Assembly: GCA_032718475.1 (NCBI GenBank)
Contig: JAUCBJ010007580.1
Location: 62,001-126,000 of the forward strand
Source of the DNA: Nemertoderma westbladi
Taxonomy: Eukaryota > Animalia > Xenacoelomorpha
DNA length: 64,000 nucleotides
Reading direction: 5' to 3'
Below the pieces are notes generated by a model. That model saw nothing but the letters and a program-made list of their open reading frames with translations, did no database searches and was not told where the DNA came from. A program made the translations under genes and the position numbers. Positions 12,200-24,280 of this stretch are shown here, in pieces (within the stretch, counting starts at the first letter, position 1; the number at the start of each line of letters is the position of its first letter).

Positions 12200-14835
12200 A
12201 GCGTAAACTTCGGTCCTTGTAGGTTATCTTAAGCTGAAGGCTGGCTACCTTGCCATGGCACATACTTTTTTCAATTGTGTTTTCTGGTCTCCACCGGAAG
12301 ATCCATTCCGAACACCTCTACTAACGTCTCCGGCCAACCCTCTCCCTTCTTATCTAACCACTCTGTCTACGCCCAAGTGGCCGGGAGTACCAAACCCGCA
12401 GGTTTGGTTCCCGAACCACTTCTCTAACACTTCTGGCGTCGGATACTCCATGGAAGGTCAAATCTCCCAAGTCTCCAATATTCTGTCGGTACACTCCCTC
12501 GAAGATCGCTAATCCCTTTCTGACCATCGATGTGTTATCCAAAGATTGGTTGAAAAACGGGGTTAAGAAACACTTCATCACATCAGACTGAATTTCTCCC
12601 TTCGATCTGATGTATTGATCTCCTGCAAACACTGTATGATGCTTCAAAACTCTCGTGACTATATCTGTTATCAAGCAAGTTAACGTGCTTGACTCCAATA
12701 CTAGATAATACTGCAATGAAGCACGAGGTGGTGTGCAAATGTTCCAATATACCAAGGCTTGCCGCTTGAAATAGGATTTAAACTCAGCTCCCGGCGGAGT
12801 TTTATATTCACCATACGCCTCCTCATACTTCTTCTGCATCTTCAACTTAAAGTCCCAATTATACAACAAATGCGCTATAAAACCCATACCAGTCTTGGCG
12901 AAATCAGGGTACTCTCTGTATATCCCAACATCCTGTGACCATAGCAATAACAGTTTCGTATCGACAAACGGTCTTGGCAATCGTTCCTCCGGGTCCTCCA
13001 TAGCATTGAAATCACTCTCCAAATCGCTTTGGACACCTGATCCTACCTTTACATAGTCTTGGTTCAGGATTGCCTCCCTAACCTTCTTGGGCAACATCCT
13101 CACGTCTATTCTCTCTGCTCCATGCATACCTCCTTGTCTGCATACCTCTAGAATCTGTTCCTGGAGATCCTTCCCATTCTATATTGAGTCGTTATAATTG
13201 GCTCCAGACTGTCCCGGTCCGCTCTCACACGCATGAACATGTGGGTTACGCCATTGGCTGCTCAGATCTGGATACATTTACTTGTCAGACACTCCTGATG
13301 AGACCCTCCTTCATTATCGTTAAACATCAGTCGCCAATCCTCCAATGACTCCTCTGTCTTCCTCCATTGGTGTTGTATTTCCTCAGACAGGGTCCACATG
13401 CATTCTATGGTCTTGGGGTCATCATAATGGGTATAAGAACCCTTCCTCCTCAACCATGCTTGGCCACCTCCTCATCATCGGGGAATTTGGCCACCGCAAT
13501 CCACAACTTTATGTATTTATCCAACCAACCAAACAACTTACTCTCTCTCCCTGGGGCTCCAATCTTATCCAAAGAGTCATAGTCTGTGATCTGCATAGGG
13601 ACATCGTGTAGGAACTTTGCACACAAGGCTTCTCTCAAACAATCAATGTTTTCGTAATCTGCTAACGTTACCATAGGTAAGAACCGAATAGCTTCCCACG
13701 CCTCTGGATGATCTACCAACACTTCGTTACTGCCTGAATAATACACTGGTCTAGGTTGAGATATAGCTTGTGGAATGAATCCTGTAACTCTCCTCATTTC
13801 TTCCTGGTTTCTATCCGCAGTCTTATTGTACTCGGCTATATGTTCTACGAAAAGTCGTTTCGTCTTCGCTGCTCGTTCTTCATGTCGCAATGCGTCTATC
13901 TCATCGTGATGCTCAGGGGTGAGCTTCTTCTCCGGATGCGGCAAAGTTAATGTTGACCAAGGACTCGAGAGTTCCAAATCTGCATGTATGGTACTCTAGT
14001 CCTGTGCTGCTTTTCACCGCGCCTCCAGATCTTTGTACGCATAATAAAGCGAAATGGCCGCAGTCATCTCAATTAGAGCAGGAGTTGTATGAGGTCCAAC
14101 CTCAGTGTACAGACCCAGAGTCGTAACAGTCGGTGTAATAGGCCTCGGGGGTCTTTTCCCGCTAAAATCGATGCTTCTCATTGTAATACTCATCGGATAT
14201 CCTCCTTCGTTATTCCTGAGGTATTTTTGCACCTTATACCGCATTAATATCAGCTCGGGATTCTGTTCGTTTATACGATCGGGAATGGAGACATCTTGTT
14301 TGTTCATGCACTCTCCACATTTGTAGAACAGCTTGTATATACTGAAGACCTTCGACGTTTCCTCGTCTTCTCCTATCCGACCAACCAAACAACTTACTCT
14401 CTCTCCCTGGGGCTCCAATCTTATCCAAAGAGTCATAGTCTGTGATCTGCATAGGGACATCGTGTAGGAACTTTGCACACAAGGCTTCTCTCAAACAATC
14501 GATGTTTTCGTAATCCTTCTTCTCTAACGGCAGGTAAGGGTGCATCGTACATGTTCATATGGTACATTCTGGCGATCTCCACTCACATCGCACACGTCGA
14601 TGGTGAAGTTGTAAGGGTATCGGGTTCTATATTCACGCCGCAACACCTCCATTCGGCCCTCAACCGCCTTCAACCTCTCCTTTCTCAATCCCCTTTCGTA
14701 ATTCGGCTTGAAATTTGTAATCAATTCTATCACAGATCATCCATGATAGTATACATTTGAGTCATTGTATCCATGGCGAGCGAACGGTAACTCGTGCTTC
14801 TTCCTTGGTGGTCCACCCTCTCCTAGGTTCCGCAT
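12200..14835 (-). pseudogene. Accessory ORF3 of copy 2 with C-terminal DEDDy (WRN/Mut-7/RNase D-like) 3'-5' exonuclease domain
   Basis: Pieces at 14524-14835, 14014-14478, 13450-13977, 13262-13453 and 12354-13127. Motifs: LMFNDNEG (ExoI), CIQI*AANGVTHMF, LPKKVREAILNQDYVKVGSGVQSDLESDF (ExoII), FVDT, GMGFIAHLLY, YWN..LQYYLVLE (ExoIII-like). Confidence 0.7.
13519..14515. repeat. 141-bp near-identical direct repeat pair (13519-13659 and 14375-14515)
   Basis: The peptide DYENIDCLREALCAKFLHDVPMQITDYDSLDKIGAPGRESKLFGW occurs twice, and the DNA differs at only about two positions. Confidence 0.92.
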
Positions 14836-15029
14836 GGAACCTAGGATCTGTCTTCCCAGAACCTATCATACAAGGTATATATATATATATCCAAACAGAT
14901 TAGATTACTTAATTTGGTTAATCTGTGGATGGACCAGTCAGTTAGTAAGATGGGATCGACTTCCCGAGCTACCTGGCCCGCCTTCTAGCAGTTTAGGTTC
15001 GGCTCCCCAGATCCTGTCTCACTCCTAAG

Positions 15030-16872
15030 CTACCTTCTGTATCTATTCCTATGCATAGCACAAAAACTTTGGAGATAAACTGGCCGTGACCGACTCACTT
15101 TTTGATACCCAAAATAATCCCCATACTTGAACTAGAATAGTGTAGTTAGAATGGGCATTATCCGGGGTGCTCGACAGTAGTAGAAAGAAAGGGTTCCCTC
15201 GCCAAGTCCTCCCTATGTTTTTCTATGGGACTTTGCTCGGCGGGCTATTGGAACTGCGCTATTTTTATAGATTTCATCGACCATCTGCCGCCACTATTCA
15301 TTCGCATCGCTGCTGCATCAACCAATGATCGATACTCAACTACACCATGCGATGCGATCCTAGCTAAGGGGAAGCTTGCTTGCCGGGTGCATCCCAGAAG
15401 GCTCTCGCCCCACTCTCCCATCCACCCAGTCCGTGTCCACCCGGCCGATCCTCTGGCATCTCCCCGAACTCGCCCTCCTCTACTTCCTCCTGCATGAGCG
15501 GCTCCAAACCAGGGACCTCGGTCGCTCCACCATGTCCCTTCCCAGCCTGGTACTTGCCCGTAACCCTCCACCCCTCCATCGTTATCGTTCTCTTCCTTCC
15601 AAAGTCACCCTCAGAGCCCCCAGGTGTCAGCAGTCCCTGCAGTCCAGATGTAGACTGTATCGGTGTCTCTTCCATCCAATCCACCTCATCCCCTAGCCGA
15701 AACTCGCCCGAGGTCTCCGTTCCCTACCTCAACTCATCCAAATCCTGGGCCTCGTATTCCCCTCCCCTTATATCTGCCTCTCTACCTGCTGCATCGCTCC
15801 TCTCTCTCCTGGTGACTTCATCAAGCTTTCTTTCCACCTCTCTATCCCCCTCGCATTTTCTCCATCGTTTGTACGGTGTATCTACTTCTCTGTCCACCAG
15901 GTGTCGGCTATTATACTTCACTGACTCGCCCTTCTGCCCCAGGTGGTCTACCAGACCTTCTAGGGCTACCTTAAAGGCTCTGCTGTGGTTCAGAGCTGCT
16001 CCCGTCAGTAGAAACGCCGTTGGCTCCCTGCCAATAACCACTGTGATAAATAGGTTCACCATATCATTATCCAGTCCTCCTGTAAGATATATCTCTTCTG
16101 ATATATCTTCATCGCCCCCTTTCAGAAGTGAAATAACACTTCCTTCCCTGGTCTCGCTCCCCACTTGAGTGAATTCGCAAGTTCCGCCCCGTATTCCTCT
16201 CGGAATTTGTTCCACTCTATCGGCTTGTGGCACACTTCATAGCCATGTAGACTACCAGCATGTCCAGAAGGCTCGGGGTGCCCAGTCCAATAATCCTCTC
16301 TGCGTCGCACGTATCGCCGATCCAACCTTGATCGTAGTCTTCAACCTTACTAGCTTCTGCACCGCATCCAGTATATGGTTCAACTTCGGCCTGCTCCACT
16401 TACCGTAGGTCCTAGGTCAAATAGAAAAATATCTCCGTTCGGTGCCGCTAAGTGCAGCAATATAGTTCTACCCGACCCTCCTGTCCCTCTCCTCAGCCCT
16501 TCGTCATCCTCTACAGTCCCCTCATCGTCTAGGATTATTTATTTGCCCCTCTCCATGGAATCTACAAACCTCCTCCATTCCTTTCTAGGTGGTTCCCTCG
16601 TGTACTTCGGTATCCCGAAAGTACCCGTGTCCCCCTTTACAATGTAGCGAAGATCCTTGTTGATCGCGTTATTCAACGATGGCGTACCTTAAGTCCCGGC
16701 CAGTCGTCACTCGTGCATCTCCCTAAACTGATCTTGCAGCGCGTGCGGTTTCTGACTCCTCTGGGGTCATTTGTAGTGTTCCCTCGTCTTATTCTCTGGA
16801 TGTCTTAGCGTGAAATCCACTAGTAATTCCTTCCCACCCCGACTTCCTCTTCTTCACTAGCTTCTCTGCCAT
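15030..16872 (-). pseudogene. Accessory ORF2 of copy 2 with DEDDy (WRN/Mut-7-like) 3'-5' exonuclease domain
   Basis: ATG at 16872. Reconstructed across frameshifts: IILDDEG (ExoI, ~16521-16538), TILLHLAAPNGDIFLFDL, ILDAVQKLVRLKTTIKVGSAI/DAERII..LLDM (ExoII), F*KGAMKIYQKRYILQED (ExoIII-like). 3' end approximate. Confidence 0.7.
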
Positions 16873-19252
16873 CACGATTCTCCTCTCTCACCGGACTGGT
16901 GGTGCCTTAGAAAGGCTCAGTATGACAAGAGATAACTAAGTATGGTCTTAATTAGTTTACCTCCTACCTCCTATGTGCCAATTGTACTCCTAATTCGTAA
17001 TTTTGTCCGTTACTTTTATTAATGTTTCTAGAATTTTAAAATTCCCAGTTGCTACAATTTTCTATTTTGTTATTAATCTACATTATTCGACTTATGTGTT
17101 ATTATTCTACCTACTATTCAAATACTACGTAAGTAATTCATCACTACTTGTCTGCAGAAAAGACTAGCTACAATTTTCTTATTGATGTACTAGCTTCCTA
17201 ACAGACAGCTTTCTGGCTCTGTAACAATACCCTAAGTCTGTACTACGGGCTATGCACTACAGTAGTCTAGTTCATGCGGCCTACACAGTCTATTCTACTA
17301 TGCCTTCATTCCCCCTTCAACTCCTCTTGTGGCGTCATCAGTGCTCACTGTAGTATGTATTACATACTACTATTGGTCCCATTGACAAGGTATGTTGTAT
17401 TTATTACGTATGTTGGCACATTGTGCCTATCAGATGTACGCAATGTATACCCTTCCAATTCTTACTACGGTACTATGTACCCTTCTAATTCTACTGTAAA
17501 TATCATATACTGATATTGGTCCCATTGACCCGGCATTTGGTGCATATGTAAACTATGTATGTTGGTACATTCGTACCCATCCGACGTACATAATTATAAC
17601 TACCTACACATAAATATTATGTATATTGGTACGTCCGTACCCATCAGACATACATGATGCCTACCTAAACTAAATTATATGTATATTGGCACTATATTTA
17701 TACTAGAGGCAGGCCTAGCGGCCCGTGAAGCAAGTCGTAGGAGACAGTACTAGTCAAGTAAAAGCTAATGAATTATAAAAGCTGTTGTGATTATAGAAGA
17801 TAGAGAGCAGTTAGCGAAATGATTAGTTTGTTCTATCGGATAGAGTAGTCAGAGAGGTGTCAATTGAATAATATAATAATAACAGCAGTTGTCATGAATT
17901 CAATACAATCGCGCACAAGAAGTGATAAGACAAATTCGTTCTTATTTTTGTAAAAAATAAAACAAGTTGAGAAGTTTCAATGTAAACCGCGATTAACAAT
18001 TTACACTGTTCAATGTAAGCCACGATATTAATTAAATACAACAATTATATTATTATTATAACAGATAGATTTAAATATATTTCAAACTATAATGTTAGCC
18101 TTATGGAGAATCATTATGAGGCTGAGTAAACATTCAGCCTTATCAACATACAGCCTCTACAGTATTAATGGTGGCACAAAGATTTTAAAATAAAACAACT
18201 TCTCTTCCTATCCTTTGCCCCAATCTTTCCTCTGATTCTGACCTCCACGGATCTAATCTTTCCGTCCTTACTGGGGTAGCATTCGACTACCCTCGCTAAC
18301 CTCCAGTGTTTATTGATAATCGTATTGTCTGTCACGATTATCAAGTCACCCTTCCTAAGCCCCTCTGATTATACCTCCACTTGCCTATCTTGTGCAGCGT
18401 TGGTAGGTACTCTTGGATCCCCCTTTTCCAATACTCTGCACCTATCGCCTTAGCCACCTTCCAGCTCTGATGCGAGTTTATATCGTCTGGGTCGATATTT
18501 TGCATGTCGATCGTCGCTGGTCTCTCCATTAAAATATGTGCTGGTGTCAGATCAGAACGTCCAGTGATTCTGGATCGTCATTCTCGGGATACAGCGGTCG
18601 GCTGTTGATAATGTCCTCACACTTTGCCAGCACTGTCCTCAATACAACTTTGGTCACCATGTGATTGTTCATGAGTTTGGTCATTTGCTGCTCTGTGCTT
18701 CTGATGAGGCATTCTACGCAGCCCAGCATATGTGGTGCATATGGCATCCTCCTTTCCCATTTAATCAGGTGCTTCCTCATTGCTGCCTTAGCATCTTCTC
18801 CCTCCCAGATATCAAAGGCCTCTGCTAACTCGTTCTCTGCCCCAACGAAGTTAGTCCCATTTTCTGAGTACAACACTTTGGCCGTCCCTCCTCTGTGGGT
18901 CTCTCCAATGAATGCCGATGCCGTAGCGTCCTGTGCCAGTTCTATCCCCACGGCCCTCGTGTTATTACATACAAAGATAATGCCATATTGTTTCTCCGTG
19001 TGCCGCATCACTTTGATCTTAATCGGCCCGAGCATGTCCACGCTGCAGTGTGTGAATGGTGGGTCGTGATGCCTAACCATGTTAGTCGGCAGTGGCGCCA
19101 TCTCCTGCACGGCCCACTCCTTCTTTATCCGTTGGCATGTCTGGCATTGCCCCACTACCGCCTTCATCATCTTTCTGAGCTGGATTACCCAATATCTCTT
19201 CCTAATCTCGGTTAGGGTCTGGTTGGTACCACTGTGTAATATGGTCTTATCT

Positions 19253-22124
19253 CAAAAACCGACAAGCCGACTTCAGGGAATTATTTGAAACATACATTAT
19301 GGATTCTCTCTCCTCTAAGGCAGGCAGGTTGGGGTCTAAATTCCCTATAAACTTATAAAATAAAGAGTTTGTTACGATCGATTTTGAGCTCCTAGGCCCA
19401 TTCTCAAGTAAATAATTAACAATATGAAATCACATTACAGACTAAATAATCAAATGGAGTAGGCCTACATGGAATAGCTAAATACGTAAGAAAATTACAG
19501 AAATACACTAAAATAAATACACTAAAATAAATAACGAAATAAACTGCAAAGCCCTTGTAAAACTCAGAAACCGAACAATAGACTTACAATAAAATAAATA
19601 CTGAATTAATACAGTTAGATGTTGTACGATAATAAACCACAGATACCGTTACCGGTTTGTGATGCTGGTTTTGTAGTCTGACAGCCTGGGCTACATGGTG
19701 TACGGTGTAGACCATGGTAGGGCCTACGGTAGGCTGTCAGGCAGGGTCAGTACAGCAGTACAATTCGTACTAACAGTTGACAGATAAAATATTCAGGTAA
19801 ACCTAAAGATATACAGTACAGTAGTTAAAATAACGGGGCGGGAAAAGTTAATATAGAGCACCATATACCATAGTAGAACTAAATAAAAGGACACGGCATA
19901 TAAAATAAGTAGAACAAATAGGGCATGGTTAAAAGTAAATAAAGGCACGGCACGGCGTATTGGAATAAATTAATTTAAACTTGTGCAAAATCTTAAACTA
20001 CAGTAGTTACGATAGGTTATTTTAAACATAAAATAAACCAAATTAAATTACCGGCACGCCACATTTTAATAGCTGACAATGAAAAATTAAAAAAATTTTA
20101 GTAACTCAACCATCTCCAAAGTAAACACAAGAGTACAGTAGATCAGATAGAGTGCGCACAAGGGATGGTTGTACATAAAAATTAGAAACTTATGTAAAAA
20201 CATGCACCTCAAACAAAGTACGGTCGGTCAGTTATAGGGTGGATAAAGTACAAAATAAGGGGCACCATGGTAAAAAATAAAAAATAATAATAACTGAAGA
20301 TAACAAATAAAAAATAAAAATACACGGGATATAACCCTTTATTATTGAACAGGGTTCTATTGAACAGTTGTAAATACAGAATTGTACAAACACTCTAACA
20401 ATATAATATAGTTACACAGATAGATCATGGTAAAGAATAATAACTAAAGGGCACAAAATATTGCCAAGTTGAAAAATAAAAAATTGAAAAGTGAAAACAA
20501 CGTCACAAAACTACAGTAGATCCGATAGGGCATGGCAAAAAATAAATCAATAAATAAACAAGTGGCCCGCCATACTGAATTGCTCTCAATAAAAAATATA
20601 TAAACCTACGCGATGCCAGGTATGAGTTTGTTCAGGGGTGGGCGAAATTTACGAATGTAGACCGCCTCCCCGTGTATTCTATCAACGTCTGAGTGGTATT
20701 GACGAAAAGCTGTCACACGCAGGTCACCCAACCCGCACTGCAGGAAGTGCTCTGCCAAAAGGATCTCTACGTTACGCTGGGACTCGGGGTCGAGTTCCCG
20801 TCTGAAATTCCTGATCATCGATCTATGCCTATTCATCCTAAGGTGTAAGGGCTGCTCAGTCTGGCCAATATAGAAAAGGTTCTGATGGTTGCTACAAGTG
20901 ATGAAATACAGGATGTTAGCAGATAGACACGAGAAGGATCCTCTAATCACCTCCCCCCACGGGGTAGTTCTCACATCACACAAAATTGAACATGTGAGAC
21001 ACCTAGTTGACTCACAGCTTACATTACCTCTCCACGATGGAACTTCCCTCTTACGGACCAAGAGGTTCCCCAGGTTCGGGGTAGACTTATTTGCTACAAT
21101 GCAATCAATTGACATCTCACGTAGTACGGGCTTGTGGTGCCGTAGGACTGGTGTAACAATAGATTCAAAATACCAGGTTAATGATAGGTAAACACGGTCT
21201 CGAGCGGGTTGTGATGGTGTTGGTCTAGCTACTGTAAATAGTTCGGGGTGCTGTAAGCTATTGAGGAAATCCTTTGGGTAACCAGATACCAGACAGTCTG
21301 TAAGGTAGCGGTCTCTTGCACACATATAACTCTCGCCACCCCCAGTTAAACGCCAGAACCTGTGTAGTTGCCCACGTACCACACCCTGAAGGCACGCACT
21401 GGTATGGAAACTACTATAGGGGATGGGCATTTTGTGTGATAAGGGTTTAAAAAATACACCCGGGTGCACCAAACCACGTTCATGCATCAAATCTAAGTCG
21501 AGGAAGGTAGACCTAGTGTTTGAAAACTCGAATGTGAATTTGATGTTATCACTACCAAAAAGCTTACGACAGGCGGAGTGTTGGATCCTATCTACAGTAA
21601 TAACCGACACGGCCTTCCCGTAGGGGACCCCCATTCCAACACCTTTAATCATCAAATAAAAATTATTCTTAAACTTAAAATAATTATGGTTTATGACAAA
21701 ATTTAAAATGATGATAACTTGTGTTGCTGTGAATCCAGAGTTCTCCAAAAGGTCGGGGTTCTCCTGGAGGACGTCGTTTAAAGCTGATGTCACCAAATCC
21801 AGATCCATGCTGGGGTGCATGTCAACCACGTCAATTGACATGAATGTGACAAGTGGAAAACTACCTCTCGGTAAATCCCTCTTTGCAGCCGCCGAGTCTG
21901 GAATGTAGTGAGGCATTCTGTTAAGGACTGGTTGGATTATGGAGTTTAGTAACTTCCCCAAAGGTTCAACTAGGGTCCCGGTCGTGGATAAGATCAACCT
22001 CGCCTTCGGGAGATGTATGTCAACTCCCCAACTGATCCACTCAGAAGGATCCTTGTGGTCTTTCAGGAGGGGGAACAAATAACCAACCTGCCTGCCTTAG
22101 AGGAGAGAGAATCCATAATGTATG
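19253..22124 (-). mobile_element. Penelope-like element (Neptune-like), 5'-truncated, inserted in copy 2 pol
   Basis: RT plus GIY-YIG ORF. 42-bp inverted repeat at 19291-19332/22083-22124. Flanking direct repeat GTCTTATCT at 19244-19252 and 22125-22133. Confidence 0.88.
20606..22078 (-). CDS. PLE reverse transcriptase (partial, YxDD motif missing) + Cys linker + GIY-YIG endonuclease
   Basis: SIDVVDMHPS, NYFKF, GVGMG, IKFT..FLDL, HTSACLQGVVRGQLHRF, CESTRCLTC, NILYFITC..YIGQT..LRMNRH..EAVYI..PPLN. Confidence 0.88.
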   Translation of the reverse strand: MFPLLKDHKDPSEWISWGVDIHLPKARLILSTTGTLVEPLGKLLNSIIQPVLNRMPHYIPDSAAAKRDLPRGSFPLVTFMSIDVVDMHPSMDLDLVTSALNDVLQENPDLLENSGFTATQVIIILNFVINHNYFKFKNNFYLMIKGVGMGVPYGKAVSVITVDRIQHSACRKLFGSDNIKFTFEFSNTRSTFLDLDLMHERGLVHPGVFFKPLSHKMPIPYSSFHTSACLQGVVRGQLHRFWRLTGGGESYMCARDRYLTDCLVSGYPKDFLNSLQHPELFTVARPTPSQPARDRVYLSLTWYFESIVTPVLRHHKPVLREMSIDCIVANKSTPNLGNLLVRKREVPSWRGNVSCESTRCLTCSILCDVRTTPWGEVIRGSFSCLSANILYFITCSNHQNLFYIGQTEQPLHLRMNRHRSMIRNFRRELDPESQRNVEILLAEHFLQCGLGDLRVTAFRQYHSDVDRIHGEAVYIRKFRPPLNKLIPGIA

Positions 22125-23310
22125 GTCTTATCTGGTGGACTATCGGTGACTTATTAGGGATTATTATCAGTTTCGGTGGAATTAAGGCACTTGTGTTATT
22201 GACAAACCTGGAGTTCATGACCAGGATTCCATCCTTATCCAGTTGTGGTGACAGCGCGTTGATCTCGCTGTCCCGACGAAGGCATTGCTGTTTCCTAATA
22301 CAATCAACTTCGTCTCCGTATCCCTTCCCTTGTTCGTATTTTATCACGGCTTTTTCCGCCCTTCCAGATCAATGGTGGGTCTTATCTTGCGGCCTGTACC
22401 AGCCCCCCTAAGGAATTCTCCGTAGGCCCTTAGATATCCCACTAGCTTTTTCGTCTTATACAAACTAGAGCTGTAACTGAGCAACCTATCTGTTGGATTA
22501 TGCATGACTCTATCGTCTTAGATCGTGGTGGTGCCTCCTTAATCTCCCTCACTAACTGGCTAAATATTTCTTCCCCCTCAGATTCGTTTCCCTTATCCTC
22601 TACTATTACTTCCTCTCCACTTGGATCTACTTTCCTCATCGGTGGCCACTTCGACCTGTCATTGAGGAAGTGCGGACCATGCTGCCACAACTCCTGCTTT
22701 CTCGAGAAAGCGTGGCATTGTACGCCCCTCGATAGCAAGTCTGCCGGATTGTCGTCTGTTGGGCAGTAGTGCCACTTGTCCAAGTTTGTTGTTGCTCTTA
22801 TCTTGTCCGCTCGATTCGCTATTCGTAACCATCCCAAAACTACCATGGAATCCGTACAGTAGTGTGTCTCTACTATACTTGGTATTGTATCCACCAAGTA
22901 TACTGTTGCTCTCACTCCTTGTCTCGCAGCCATTATCTCGAGTTTTGGCACTGATACAGAATCTGGTGGTGTCAACCTCGCTTTACTGAACGCATGCCTG
23001 GGCTTATGAGTCCCCTTTCGCTGTACCAAATAAAGCGCAGCACCATATGCTTCCAGGGATGCATCGAAGAACATAAGTAATTCTAATTCACTCATGTCTC
23101 CATCCGGGAAGTATACACGTGGCATACTGTAAGTTCCCATATCTTCTAGGCTCCCTGTCCATGTCTCCCACTGTTTACTTATCTCTATTGGGACCTCCTC
23201 ATCCCAATCATCTTTGATCTTGTAAACCTTCTTAAGTATCTGCTACCCTGTGACTAACAATGGGGATGCTAACCCTAGTGGATCGTAAATCCTCACTATG
23301 TATGTCACAT

Positions 23311-24014
23311 CGTGGGCTGAGAGTATAAACCGTCTATATCCAGTTTCAGCCATTCTGAGATATATGCCTATTAAGTGAAGGCTACTTCAATACCAAAACC
23401 GTCTATATCCAGATGGATATAGATTATTTAAAAAATAATTTTAAACCATCTATATCCATCCAGTTATCTGCAAAGCATGCCAGTCTGTCAGTCTGTCAGG
23501 AACTGAATGACATAAATATGCCTACAATACATGCAGATTTTTCCTCTACCGGTACAGTAGGCCTATTCATTCTTACATATTTAGATACCACTAGTAAACT
23601 GAATACTTTTTAAGTTTATCTTTAATCCATATGGACATTATTTAGGCTGACTTTTGATTAAACTGTTAAACATCTGGTACAGGTACCGATTGTAGTTGCA
23701 GTTAAGTCTAAAAGCGGAAACTGAAAGTTTATTTTCATTTAGTATACCGGTACCTGGCAGCCTAATGGATTCCAATTTTAAAAACCGTCTATATCCATTA
23801 CTGGATTTCGTGTTTGGATTTAGACGGTTTTTAAATTCAGTGCTATGTTCGAAGATTTTTGCATTTGGTTGGTCGCAAATATAATTCCTTCTAAAAACCC
23901 AATGTACTATTTTAGTCTGTCTAGTAGATACGTGAAACATTCAGCTATCCATTCATAACTTAATCTCAATTTTTTTAGGATTTGAATATTGATGGTTTTT
24001 ACTCTCAACCCACG
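23311..24014. mobile_element. Non-autonomous TIR element (MITE) with 4-bp TSD, superfamily uncertain
   Basis: Imperfect ~24-bp TIR (CGTGGGCTGAGAGTATAAACCGTC vs CGTGGGTTGAGAGTAAAAACCATC). TSD ACAT at 23307-23310 and 24015-24018. BEL sequence resumes on both sides. Confidence 0.88.
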
Positions 24015-24280
24015 ACATAGCCTCATTTGGTATGGATCCCGGCACCCTCCTGACGCAGTTGATATTCCAACTCATCTGTTTCCTATCCCGTACGATCCCT
24101 AATGCCTTCTGCTGTGATTCCACTCTTTTGTCTGCCATAATTTGTTCCTTTACCGTCATAGGTTTATCTAATTTTACCTCCGGTTGTTTATCCCCTATGG
24201 CTTCCATCAATTCTTTAGTTTGACTGGAACGATTTCTTCAGGATGTTGCAAACTTCGCGCCCTCTCGAGGATTTCCTTAA

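Noticed and set aside
12200-16872. env/viral glycoprotein in the post-integrase position
   Set aside because: No signal peptide, transmembrane helix or Cys-rich ectodomain is evident; the motifs fit DEDDy exonucleases instead.
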